Below, piece by piece: positions 25,601-37,929 of a DNA stretch of 64,000 bases (positions are counted from its first letter, which is position 1; each line of letters opens with the position of its first letter). The translations under genes were made by a program, and so were the position numbers. Origin of the DNA: Mytilus californianus (taxonomy: Eukaryota); the NCBI RefSeq assembly GCF_021869535.1, contig NW_026262692.1, positions 1,736,001-1,800,000 of the forward strand, written 5' to 3'. Below the pieces are notes generated by a model, which was given only the letters and a program-made list of their open reading frames with translations, did no database searches and was not told the origin of the DNA.

Positions 25601-28455
25601 AGCGCTCCATACGTAATTCGTTCAACGGTTTAAAACCAATGAAATTATTAAAAAAAACTCATGTAAGTCTTAGATATTAATTGTAATATAAAAAGACTGA
25701 CAGATTAGTATTTACCATCAAAAACAAAATTAGCAGCTGCCTGGCAGTCTCCATGGTGATGATTAATTAGTGAATGTGCTTCTTCAAACGTAAATCGTCC
25801 TCTGAACAGCTCCTGCAACCTTTTTATCTATATAAACATGATTACGTGAACTGTTAGTATTTTGCTGAATTCTCAAACACAATGCTCAATTTTGCGGTAC
25901 AGAAGAGTACTCGAAAATGTTAACTTTCAAATATTTGAAGGTCGCACAATTGGTAAAATCATCGATATTATAAAAAAAAGATAAATAGAGTCGACGAAAA
26001 GAATACATGAATACATTTATGCAAGATAGCCGAACGACGCAAGCCATTTAACGAACCTATATTAAATATACGCTCCTTAACAAATGATGAGTGTCTAAAC
26101 AATATGTCAACCGATAATCTAGAAAGTGGATAAACTTAAACTATTAAAGTAAAATATTATGAGGGGAAATTCTCCCATGGTTATCAAAATTACGTATATC
26201 CACAGATATACGCGAATGTCAACTGTATAACATTTAGAAATCCAAAAGATTTAAACGTCAATGGTCCCTCTTTAGTTGCATATTGGGTTGATATGCAATA
26301 TATTAGCCGCGAACTTTACTTTATAGAATATCTGGTTGTACGTAAAACTTTCTAGTGTCAATAGAAACGTGCTATATCGTATTCAAAACCTCGGCCCTTT
26401 GTTAATTTTTTTTTCAAGTAAAATACAAAAATGCTTTTAAGTTCATATCTCTCAGACATTTGGCTATAGGTCTCGCATCGAATTTTCAGTTCAAATTATT
26501 GCGATGAGTATAGGGTTCAAAATCAAAACTCTTAAATTTCCATCAAAATGTGTTTGCACGATAACCGGTTTTTAGTTTGAAGACTCAAGTGTGGTGAATG
26601 ATCATCATAACCTGGTCTTTCGGTCATAAAACTTTACTCAATAGTCGGAGTGCAAATTTGTGTCAAAAACCCAAAATTTTATATTTTGGTAAGTTGACTT
26701 TAACATGTTTAAGTTAGAGTGCGATAATCGTACTCGAAAGTTTTATTACCGTTAGTCGTAGAATTGATTCGTTTCGCTTCCCTATAAAACACTCATATGA
26801 TCATTTAAATCCGGACTGTGTTGTCATTTAACTATATAACACTCAGATGATTTATGGACAGAAATCAACAACCCGCGTTCCTTTATCTGTCAATACGAGG
26901 TGTAATCATTAATATTAAAGTTATGAGGTAGCATACGTAACTAAATGAAGTAGATTTTATTGAGAGTCAATAAAATGATAATGTGTTCAAGGGTTTAAAG
27001 AAGTTTCCAAAGAAACGTATGCTTCTTCTTACAGGGACATATTTTGTACATACTACAAAAGGTGTGTACAATTTATGTGGGTTTCTATATTGTATTTGCG
27101 ATGGAAAAATTATTAAGGCAGAAACCATCCAATGCCAGTTTTGCAAGAGGTAGACGTACATGAAACGTTACCTTTAGTCAAATATAATAAAATGTATTGC
27201 ATTGTTTTGTAAAACTTACGAACAAAAATATTTAAATCATATTAGTATCAACGCACCGGCTTCTTGGGTACGGGACAAATGACAAGTATTAAGTATTCAC
27301 TAACATTTGCCAGTGTTAAAGATTGATAACATGTACTGCCTAAAGTTGTTGCCAGCACATGTTGCCTATGTCTCACCAGAAAAATTTTTTTTCTATCAAA
27401 ATAGAATTACTAAAATGTAAGGGCACAAAATAGATCACATTTCTATTCAAAACAATTAGATTGTTTACAAAATGCACAAATATTAATTAATAGAACACTT
27501 TAAATACAAAAGGGATCACATATCTTCTAAAACATTTTGCTTGGACGGATAAAATATATATACTGCCATTGCATCGAAAGTGATACGATATTTCTCTACT
27601 CGAGACATTTAATTCGTTAACCTTAATCGTGAGGCTTGACGATTGTTTTAATATTTAAATTTGAAGGGTCGAAAGCGGAGAAATATGGCTTTGTACGAGA
27701 TTCGGTAGCGGAATCTGTTTCCGTAAAGTTTTTCAGACGATACGTAGGCATAAGTTTTCTTCCTCTCTCAATCATCTGGAAAAATGTGTATTTTGCAATA
27801 TGACGGCAATAATAAAGTCATAATTTAATTTTGACCAATGAAGAACTATGATCAAACGAACCCTACGTTGAATACAAATAAAATACTCAATGGTCAGTGA
27901 AAGTATTCAACGCCTAAAATTATAGTTACTTGTCTTTTATGTTGAAACATTTTATCAAATATCTGTAAATTTATTCGTCAGTAGTTGATCGGTGTTCAGA
28001 TCTTATAAATCGATTAAAAAGATACAAATATAGGTAACAAAAAATACTGGGGGATCGAATGAACTGAAAAGGCGGATCAAGACTTGTACATGTGTGTCGA
28101 CAGGGTAAGAGTCTTCTGCTATCCGTACATCACCTGACGTGCGAATCATATAATATCTATGCACTTTATGTACAATCCGATAGCACATTGATCTTTCTTA
28201 CAGTAACATACATGTACATGTAATATGAGACAGGTGTTACCTGTGAAAGAAAGGTAGTCTGTATTAGTAGCACTGTAGACTAATATTTATCTTTTTTTTT
28301 TATTTAGAATGCATAAACACGTGATATTCAAATATATATTTTATCTACTCTCCGATTCGAGGCTAAAAAAATATTTATAAATACTTATAAACACCATGAA
28401 CGAAACGTTTACTACATATACAAATAGACAATACCTCAAGTTCGCTGTCCTCCAT
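16427..28455 (-). CDS. SHFL: Shiftless (SHFL/C19orf66/RyDEN) homolog, paralogue A; 7 coding exons, 247 aa
   Basis: Exons (minus strand): 28455-28435, 25827-25716, 24458-24412, 23952-23821, 23403-23300, 18207-18056, 16602-16427. All junctions are GT-AG with compatible phases; total 744 nt. Translation: [247 protein letters not shown]. This is collinear with the human SHFL motifs as I recall them ([84 protein letters not shown]). AATAAA at 16393-16388. Confidence 0.93.
18056..18207 (-). CDS. SHFL: SHFL-A coding exon 6
   Basis: cag|[16 protein letters not shown]...[13 protein letters not shown]|gtttgt, 152 nt. Confidence 0.92.
19797..20491. mobile_element. Non-autonomous DNA transposon with TTAA TSD (Kolobok-like), in SHFL-A intron 5
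   Basis: TTAA|AGGGGCACTAGCT ... AGCTAGTGCCCCT|TTAA: perfect 13-bp TIRs starting with AG. Confidence 0.7.
23300..23403 (-). CDS. SHFL: SHFL-A coding exon 5
   Basis: cag|[36 protein letters not shown]|gtatgt, 104 nt. Confidence 0.92.
23821..23952 (-). CDS. SHFL: SHFL-A coding exon 4
   Basis: cag|WQVIK...[21 protein letters not shown]|gtaaag, 132 nt; first CxxC of the zinc ribbon. Confidence 0.92.
24412..24458 (-). CDS. SHFL: SHFL-A coding exon 3
   Basis: cag|(E)[15 protein letters not shown]|gtacgt, 47 nt; bridges phase 1 to phase 0. Confidence 0.85.
25716..25827 (-). CDS. SHFL: SHFL-A coding exon 2
   Basis: tag|[12 protein letters not shown]...ANFVFD G|gtaaat, 112 nt. Confidence 0.88.
28435..28455 (-). 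CDS. SHFL: SHFL-A coding exon 1 (MEDSELE)
   Basis: ATG GAG GAC AGC GAA CTT GAG|gtattg; paralogous to 53312-53332; phase 0 fits exon 2. Confidence 0.75.
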
Positions 28456-30973
28456 TATATGGACTATAAAATCATATCTGTTGAGATAAAACTATTTCCT
28501 GCTTTGTGTTAACATATCAGTTCAATACTTTTCTGCAGTTTATCATCGATTAAAATATCATTAAATGTTTTCATACAAAACACATTTAATTATTGTTTAA
28601 GAATCAATTCAACTAAACAGACATGATGACATTAGGTAATCTCGGGTAATTTTTTTGCATTTTGTTCTTATTTACAAATTATTGTTTAATAACTTATCAA
28701 TCAGCTTACTTATGCTAGTATTAACTATCAGTTAACAATCACCGTCTCAATTTACATGTTCTTATAGTCTGTATTATACCTTTTCAACAACTGTCCACAC
28801 CTACATGTACAGTTTACAACGACACCGACAGGTCAAAGATCGTAAAATGTAAGAGGTCGTCTCAAAAATAGTAATTATCGTGTATGAATATCGGCTTGAA
28901 AAAAGGTTCGTCCGTATGTCTGTAATACTTATTACAATGATATTTTCTTGTTTTAGTTGTATATGAATTTTAACTAAAACTCCGTTGTATTGTTTAACTG
29001 AGTATTACAAAAAGTTCGAAGGGTCATAATTATTTTATTTCATTTTTTTAGACAACGTGCTTCTTCGAGGAAATAAAGTAACAAATATACTGAACTCCAA
29101 GGAAAATTCAAAATGGAAAATCCTTTATCAAATGCACAATCAAAAGCTCATACACATCTAACGACTTGAAAACAACTGTCATATTCCTGACTTGTTGCAG
29201 GCATTTTCTTATGTAGAAAATGGTGGATTAAACCTGTTTTTATTACTAGCTAATCTACTCAATTGTATGACAGTCTTATTTAATTCCATTATATTGACAA
29301 CAATATGTGAGCAAAACAAACAGATGCGGGATTTTTTTTATTAGGTGTTATTGGCTTTGAACTAGCTGTCAGTAACTGCGAGTACTCTCAGATTTGTATT
29401 CAGTGTCTTTTTTTTTTGTGGGGATGTATAAGTACCCGTCCACGTCCTCTCTATGTTTTTGTAAGATGTATTTTATTTGTATCCATCTAAAGAGTAAAGC
29501 CTTTTTTAACTGATTTTTATAGTTTCTTCTTATGTTGTACTGATACACCACTGTCACAGGTTCAGGGGAGGGTTGGCGCCCTTTAAACGAGTTTGCCCCC
29601 TCCACATTCAGTATGGGTGCCTATCCCTAGTCACGAGCATGTAATTCAGTTGTTGTCGTTTGTTGCTGTATAACGTATTTGTTTTTCGTTCATTATTTTG
29701 TACATAAATTAGACCATTAGTTTTCTCGTTTGAATTGTTTTACATTTGTCATTTCGGGGTCTTTTATACCTGACTATGCGGTATGGACTTTGCTCATTTT
29801 TGAAGACCGTACAGTGACCTATAGTTGGTAATTTCTGTGTCATTTTGGTCTCTTGTGGAGAGATATATATACATGATAGTTAAAAATGTCAAAAAAGTAG
29901 GAACAGCAGTCATCATTGTGTTATAATCTTAATCACTATAAAAACAAACAACTAAGTCAACAAAGAAAAACAAAATGGCATGTAGAAAGTCTAAAGTCAA
30001 AGCACGACAGTTAAAGGAGTGAAAAATGAAAGAGGTCGTTTCAAAAAACAGGAATTATCGTATCTGTATACTGACTGTTTGCCCGTATATCTGTTATACT
30101 TATTGCAACGACAATTTCTCGTTTTGGTTGTATATCAAGTTTAACTAAATTTCACTTCCATTGTCCAGAAATCCACCCTTCCTATACCTCTAGCATATGT
30201 GTAACTAACAAACACAGAGCAATACGCACAGTAAAACTCAGTTCAAAAGAAGTTCGAGTCCGATGCTAGAATAGTTAATAGTTCGACTAATGAGTTTCAA
30301 TGTCCCTTTGCTATCCCTAGCCTCTCTTTAACAGAAGAAATTAACTTCAATAAATAAAATGACAATGATCAAAATAAATTTACAAAGGTTCAAAGTTCTG
30401 CAGTTAGTTAATTGATAATTATGACCACACCAAAGACATTAATTGCAACATAGAAATGATGATACCCTCTTTTCAAAAGGCAGTCCAAGTTTCTCCAATC
30501 CGCGAGGGCAATTATTACCGGACCAACCTATTGTATTCATTGGCATAATCAGGGCATCTACAAATTTGTTATACACGAAAAAAAAACATTTTGACAGTCT
30601 GTATAAACATGCATTGCAGATGCGGAAGATGTATACCATGCTGGCCTTCTTGAACATATACTGTCTGATTTAATATCATAGACTTGATTGCACGGTTTTG
30701 TCGGAATGTCCAAACAATTAAATTATCTGCAACCGTCATTCTTATATTTGATGTTAAAAGTTTGTACCATGACTTGTATTGTGTTACACTATGGAACTCA
30801 TCAAAAATGTGAAGCACTCTCCCAAAGAATGTACACATATCGAGTTCGAACAATTCATATACAAGGTTGTCTTTGTCAAATACTATCAACTTCAAAAACA
30901 TTTTATTTGTGTATTTGTTAGATTTATTTGCAAGTTTGTCTGATTCTTTTAGTCAGTTGTGTTGTTTGTCTGT

Positions 30974-31755
30974 AAAAAGTAAAATAAACAGAAATACCGA
31001 ACTTCGAGGAAAAATTCAAAACGGGAAGTCCATAGTCAAATGGCAAAATCAAAAGCTCAAATACATCAAACGATAGGATAACTACTGTCTTATTCCTGAC
31101 TTGGTACAGACATTTTCTTATGTAGAACATTGTGAATTAAACCTGATTTTATAGCTAGCTAAACATCTCACTTGTATGACAATCATTTAAAGTTCGATTA
31201 TATTGACAACAATGTGTGAACAAACCAAACAGACATAATAAGTAAAAACAAAACAAAAGACTAGAACACTAAAATTTACCATAGCACAATAATACAATGA
31301 CGGGATGTATAAGTATCATAATGGACATCACCTAAAATAGACTAAACAGTAAAAGTAATAATTTACACAGACATATGAAAGAACACTATAACACGTAATC
31401 AACATGATAAACAACGTCAGTGCCAAGAATCTATACTTCAAGACCATCGTGTATTATAAGTGAAGTTGATACGGAATATTTATTAACAAGGTCTTGGTAT
31501 CTTCCGATGAACTTTTTTAGAAAAAGGATGAGACGTTCTTTGATATAACCCTGGTGCATCAACTTTCTTTTTTAAAAAGTCTGAGTTGCAGCTGCAAGCT
31601 CTTGAATACCGAATGAGTTGGGAAATGTATACCCCATATGCAGGTGAATTTGGGATATTTCTACTAAGGTGGGTGAAATTGATAATTTCAAAATTAAAAT
31701 CGTCTCGTTTGTCATAGATTCTGGTACTGAGATGACAGCTGATGTCAAATTCGCT
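30974..31755 (-). mobile_element. 3' fragment of a Penelope-like retroelement (C-terminal RT/thumb region with one frameshift, plus 3' UTR)
   Basis: LSTRIYDKRDDFNFEIINF...NIPNSPAYGVYISQLIRYSRACS, then after a frameshift KLMHQGYIKERLILFLKKFIGRYQDLVNKYSVSTSLIIHDGLEV TAG (stop at 31433-31431). The YDKRDDFNF and PAYGVYISQLIRY motifs are typical of invertebrate PLE reverse transcriptases. Confidence 0.8.
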
Positions 31756-34088
31756 GCATTTGTTTGCACCTGTCATAAGTCAGGAACCTGATGTTCAGTG
31801 GTTGTTGTTTGTTGATGTGGCTCATAAGTGTTTCTAATTTGTTCGTTTGTTATATAGATTAGACCGTTCGTTTACCTGGTTGAATGGTTATACACTAGTC
31901 ATTTTTGGGGCCCTTTATAGCTTGCTGTTCGGTGTGAGCTAAGGATCCGTGTTGAAGGCCGTACTTTGACCTGTAATGGTTAACTTTTACAAATTGTGAC
32001 TTGGATGGAGAGTTGACTCATTGGCACTCATACCACGTCTTCTTATATCTATATATAAGTCTTAAAATGATGCAGAGGAAGTCGTGTCTGTTGTTTTTTT
32101 AATTTCCAGTTCTGGAGGATATATTAATAGAACCCAATCAGAAAAGTTTGGATTGTTAATGGAAAGAACATCATCAATATATCTGAATGTGAAATTAAAT
32201 GATCTGGCTTCTTTGGTCTTCTTGTTTTTGACAAGTGTCTGCAGGAACTCCGTCTGATATGAAAATCAGATGATACAGTAATGTAATGTATGTTTATACA
32301 GTTGTGTTTGCTGTTCTGGAACTATTGTCATAGTAACATAATATATCTGTTTGGGTTGCTCATCCAATTTTGTCAATAACATGGACCTAAACACGTTTGG
32401 CATATAAAACCTAGGTTTAGATAGCTGTAAAGTCAGGTTTAATCCACCATCTTTTTTTCGAAAAATGTCTGTACCCAGTTATGAGACGGTTGTTTTCCAT
32501 TCATTCTGTTTGTTGATAAAGTCTCGCATTTGATTTTTGTTTTGATTTTTTTTTTTAATTTGTCTAATTTGCCTTTTATTTGAAATTTTTGTTATACATT
32601 TTTACTATGATATTGATAGATATAAAACAAAAAATGCAAAAAGTATAATACAGCAGAAATACAGTATCAACACATTGATTGTCACTGTGTCAATGACAAG
32701 AATGATAAGGTTTACAGATCCTTGTAAAGGTAAGAAATTAGTAAATATATTATACATTATATTTATGGAAATGATTAGTTGTCATTTATTTAACTTAACG
32801 TTCGTAAAATGTCAATATACCTGCACAAAAACGCATACTGCAAATTCAACATTTAATATTGTATCTTTAATTAAGATTTTGAACAATGGCCGAGCATTCG
32901 GGATTAGTTAAAACGATTTCAAAATGCGACTTATTGTTTTCTAGAAACCTTTCAACACCTATTTTGAAATTTTTCGCGCTAAATAAAATATAACAACAGA
33001 GCATTGATTTACAACATCTACTTTCCAGAATGAAACTCCATAGAAAGCGACTGTCATTCAATTGAGAGGGTTAACTAGCTATAAAACCAGGTTTAAACCA
33101 CCATTTTCTACATAAGAAAATGCCTGTACCAAGTCAAGTATATGACAGTTGTTTTCCATTCTTTCGACGTGTTTGAGTTTTTGATTTTGTCATTTGGTAA
33201 GGGTCTTTCCGATTTGAATTGTCCTTCGTTTTCCGTAGTTTTGTTATTTTACTTGTTTGTATTCGTAACCTTAATATCGGATGTATAATGAATTTGTCAT
33301 GTACATGCACCATGGTAAATGGTTCACATTGGTTTATCTCATGTTTACCAGAGATAAAAGACATAATATTAAAAAATAACTCAATGTATCTAGTCAAAAT
33401 CTAAAGTAGGCCGAACTTCAAATACAATACGGTTATCTCTATTCTAATACTAAATAAACAAATCAGTCCATTTCAGTCTTATTCGGAGTAAAATTTCATA
33501 AAACCAAAAATCGCGAAAGGATCAATCCGAATGTATATGCCTACGACGCTAAATATAAAAAACCGGTCGTTTTCAGCCTTCTTGTACTCCTCAGAAAGTA
33601 GTTAAACTCCATAAAAACTGAGTTTGTTTTTATTTATTATTTGATAAAATGATCGAATATCAACCCCAAACCCATGGTTAAATGAAAACAAATCAACGGC
33701 TGCCATGACTTATTTCTTAAGCAATGAATTTATCGAATGTGGATGAATTTAATATTAGTATAACATAGAAATCTCCCAAACTTAAGTGTTTGCCGTATCT
33801 CGTTACATACAACGCATTGTCATGCACAGTTAATTTTGTATTGAGACATATAATTCTATATAGGATATAATCAAATTTGAACAATGCTTTTATCGACCTT
33901 TATAAAGGCATTAAGCGTCTGAGTTAAGTATGTGTTCCGGACCATACGCATATTGGATGACTGTTGAAAAATTAACCATTAATGCATGAGGTATGATGCC
34001 CCTTCAAGGTATAATAATTTAAAAGTTTCTAGACATTTAATTTTGACCTATTTATTCATGTGGCAATCATTGTTCCATTTTATTTACA

Positions 34089-34764
34089 CTAGAACACACC
34101 CGATAAATCGCGGGCATTTAGAGCGTTGTTGATGGTATGTAAACTGTTGTGGGATGAATTTTTGTAAAAGATTTTATGACTGGAGTATTTCAGGAAAGTT
34201 ATCAAAAGTCAAAGGTACTTGGGGACAGTACAATTTGTTTAGCCCTCCCCTTTTTTCCAAAGTCCGTTATTTTTTTGTTGTTTTCTGTTAATTTCAATTA
34301 CATTAGCGTTTTTTTCTGTACACTATGAACATACACAATAACATATAATATATAAATACAGTTTATTAGGTATTTATTATCAATCCATTGAAATAAACTT
34401 GGAATTGAAAGCAAATAGCAAATACACTGTATTTATATAGTATACATGTATGTTTGTTCATAGTATACAGAAAAACGCGAAAATAATTGTCCTGTCCCCT
34501 TGTACCTATGAAAATAATGTGTAAGTTTAAGTCCTAAACGGAAGTCTTATCTATGACTTAATAGTCAGTTCGAGGACGGAAACAATATCCGAACGTCTTT
34601 ATTTTTGTTTTTCACCCAAAAAACCCAAACGAAATATTTATAAGCGAGGATGACAAATGCGACTATGCATGGTACCTATAAAATATAAAAGCATGATGAT
34701 TGATTTAATGTGAAAGGAAGAGAAGCGACTCACAAAATGAGGTCTTCTCATTTAATAGTATAGA
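34089..34764 (-). mobile_element. Complete non-autonomous Helitron (676 bp)
   Basis: The minus strand begins A|TCTATACTATTAAATGAGAAGACC at 34764 and ends with the hairpin CCCG-CGATTTAT-CGGG followed by TGTGTTCTAG|T at 34089: canonical TC...CTAG ends inserted between A and T, with no TSD. Confidence 0.8.
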
Positions 34765-35608
34765 TGTTAGGATTATAGTAACAACATTTTGCAAATGTCC
34801 TTTTTCGATGTTTCTTTACGAAACACAACATGTGGACTTCGGAAAATAACTAATAAGTTATATCTAAATGAACTGTTAAAAAGAGGTGAATCGTTTTACC
34901 CACATGCACTTGGAGCATTGGAACTTTTTTTTATTTTTTTAAAAATGTATTATGGTGTTTAAATTAGAAGAACTAAAAGATAAACCAATTTAACACCGAA
35001 GAAAAACGGGAAAAAATCTTTACCTAACTGTTTCACTTATGGACGAAAAATGCACTTGAAAATGACTCTAGAGAATGCTAGATAACAAAGACAACAATTT
35101 TCAGAAAACATACGATAGATAGAGGATTAAAGCTAGTAACTTTTGCCGATTGTGGTTCGCAGAGCATGCTGTAGGTTGCTGCGAACGAAAACTGTCTATA
35201 AGGTTTTAATACTCATATGGTCCGCCCCATTTAGAAGTAAACGAGTATATACTCATATGGTCGCTCATACGCGTATGGTCAGACTATACGGGTATAGGCT
35301 AAGTAACCAAATGGTCCGAAACATTTACCTTATGTTTAAGTAAACTTACGTGAGTTTTGTTCTCTGCAGAACGATGGAGCAAAGTTTGAATTTGGTTATC
35401 TCCTTTCGCATAGAAACATTTAGATACAGAAATAACCTATATGAATAGAGCATTAGAAATCGATTATACATTAAATGTATGCGAGAAAGGTCAGTTAATT
35501 CAGTAAATTATAAGTTATGTTGCTTTTCTTTACGTGTCTTGTTTGTCATGCTGTATTTCAAAGATCCATAACACTTTTCTTTCTATTTCCTATTGCAGGT
35601 CATTTTAT

Positions 35609-37315
35609 TCACACAATATCATATATGAAAGCTTTTTCTTTATTGTTGCAAACGAGCAATCTATTGTATTCCCTGTCGTATGCTATAGCTCTAGGGTTAT
35701 TAAGTCCAGAATCCGTAGTTAGAACTTCTCGGCATTTTTTACCATCAGCTGATATAACTACAATATTTTCAGAAAGCCCACCGACTACAAAGACATTTTC
35801 CTTTTTGTCAACGACTATACCACGGGGTTGCTTTAAAATGTGTGTGTCTTCGAATGACCATAACACGTTTCCTTTAATATCACAACACTCAATGCTTGTC
35901 TCGGTTTTCGTATAGTAAAGATGGTCATTATAAATCGTTATGTACGAATATGATCCGCAATGAAACGAAAGAAGATCAAAAGCATTATTTGATTCATCCT
36001 CAATGTTCAGGCTTATGATTCCTTTTGAGAATGAACAACAGTAAAGTGTACCATTGTGATATGAAATGCCATTTGTTTGGCCGTTAACTGGTATTTCTCT
36101 CATTTTCGAATTTGTCAAATTTAACAGAAAAACTTTATTACTTCGGGTAGAGACTGCGATTGTATTTCCGTCTTTTGAAACTTTTTCTATGTCAAATATA
36201 GGAATCTCTTTCTCAATTATATTTACTCTCTTGTTTGACCCGTGTTCATTAACCAAAATTATTCGATCAAAGTAGCGACCAGTGTTAAATTCACCTATTA
36301 AAACCTTATTATCGGGCAAGAATGTACAACCGCATATAAAATTGTAATGAGTCCTTTGTTGGATTTCAATAGTTCTATTTAATTTAAGAGAAACTGTATC
36401 ATACGTATTTGAAGGTATTGCAAATATCTGCGCTTGTGTTGACTCGCTCTCAATTATATCTATACCACTTGGTGTTTTTGAAATTGCTAAAGTACCAAGC
36501 GAATTTACATCTCTAAGAATGGTTTCGATTTTTTTCCCCTCAAACACGATTGATTTACTGTCTGTATTTCCTTCTTTTCGGAAAGTCTCGAGAGTTCGTT
36601 TAGCAGTTACTAATGACGTTTCTATTGCCTAAACGCCTACAAGAATTTGCATATTCGTTGCATTTTCTTTAATTAGTTGTATGTTTTGTGATAAAATTGT
36701 AACATCAGTTTCGATCCCAACCAATGTATTGATGGATTGATCATTGTTTCTAATTTCAGTATGCACCACTTTGGAAAGTTCGCTCAAAGTCGCTTTTTCA
36801 ATATTATCAAGGCGGTCATTAATTATTCTACGAACTTTACTTATATCTTCTTTTACTGCTTGTTCTTGTTTTGAAAGTTTTCGCTTGTTATTAACCCTCC
36901 CGTTCTTTACTTTTTGTATATATTCTATAACATCACGAACGCCCTGCTCTGTGCTCGATAATTTTGTTTCATGTACGGTGTTTAGTGTTTCTTCAATGAG
37001 TGATATGTCTGGGCAGGTTTTGTGCTCTAAAAAGATACACTTTCTACAGCAAGTTACGTTGTGTGTTGGACAGAAAGAATAAAACTGCTCGTCATGTTCA
37101 ATACAGACGTGTTTTATTGATCGTATATAGGATGGAATTTTCCTGTATTCGTCAATGGAAACTGAAGTATGTCGTTTAGACAATCTTGAAACACTATGAG
37201 GTCTGCGACAATCAGAACACAGATAGTCTTGACATTCATAACACCATATCTCAGCTGTTTTTGTTATATGGAGCTGTTCACAGAGCGTACAAGACTCGTC
37301 CGCTAAAGTAGTCAT
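35609..37315 (-). pseudogene. RING-less TRIM-like gene (B-box1, B-box2, coiled coil, NHL-like beta-propeller), intronless CDS interrupted by one in-frame TAG at 36631-36629; nonsense allele, or possibly readthrough or a base error
   Basis: ATG at 37315 follows an acceptor (tcttatcacag|GTATTCATG). B-box1: CTLCEQLHITKTAEIWCYECQDYLCSDCRRPHSVSRLSKRH. B-box2: CIEHDEQFYSFCPTHNVTCCRKCIFLEHKTC. A heptad-rich coil follows. The two ORF-track ORFs share a frame: ...ILVGV TAG AIETSLVTAKRTLETFRKEGNTDSKSIVFEGKKIE... The C-terminal propeller repeats include PRGIVVDKKENVFVVG and PRAIAYDREYNRLLVCN. 228 aa + stop + 339 aa. Confidence 0.85.
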
Positions 37316-37929
37316 GAATACCTGTGATAAGAAATCAACAATGTCTGTATTATCGGCAATATGATTTAAAGTATTGTACTTGTAATATTTGTTTAAGTAA
37401 ATTGACACAAATTATAACATTTAAAAATGTTAGTTTCTCTGGCTTCATTTTTATTCGTGGAATACAAATTAAAAAAAAAAAACACAAAATCAAATATCCA
37501 CGAACATGCAAGTTTTCCTTAATCCACGAAAGTTGGTACCCACGAACATAAATGAATTCACAGTAGTAATATAATATCGTTTCTATTGGGTTTGCAATAT
37601 ATATGAGATATTCAATATTCAGAAAAACTAATCATTTACACATTTGCCCTGTAGCCTTACCAGTGTAGCTTACGTAGCAATATATTTGTCATTATGAAAT
37701 AAAGACAACAGTACAGAAACAAGTTTACCCATCTTCAATTCGTAAAATAAAATTCGGTCAAAAGATAAAAATCAAAGTAACAAATAGTAGAAAACGCTTA
37801 GCCTGTCGACACCAATTTTGAATATCGTGCGATACTCTCAGTTTTTGTTTTTACATTGATTTGTATCTGTTGAATATACTTATGGGATTAAAAATCGGTA
37901 AACCATAGTTACATGTGATAAACCGTGCT

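Noticed and set aside
26766-26782. IRF/EICE-like motif (GGAAGCGAAAC on the minus strand) and a kappaB-like site near 26163 in SHFL-A intron 1
   Set aside because: Single short matches are expected by chance in 64 kb, and I saw no conserved counterpart in SHFL-B.
36500-36640. Programmed frameshift or selenocysteine explanation for the TRIM-like break
   Set aside because: The two ORFs share a frame, the stop is TAG rather than TGA, and GAG GGG AAA AAA ATC does not fit an in-frame X XXY YYZ slippery heptamer.
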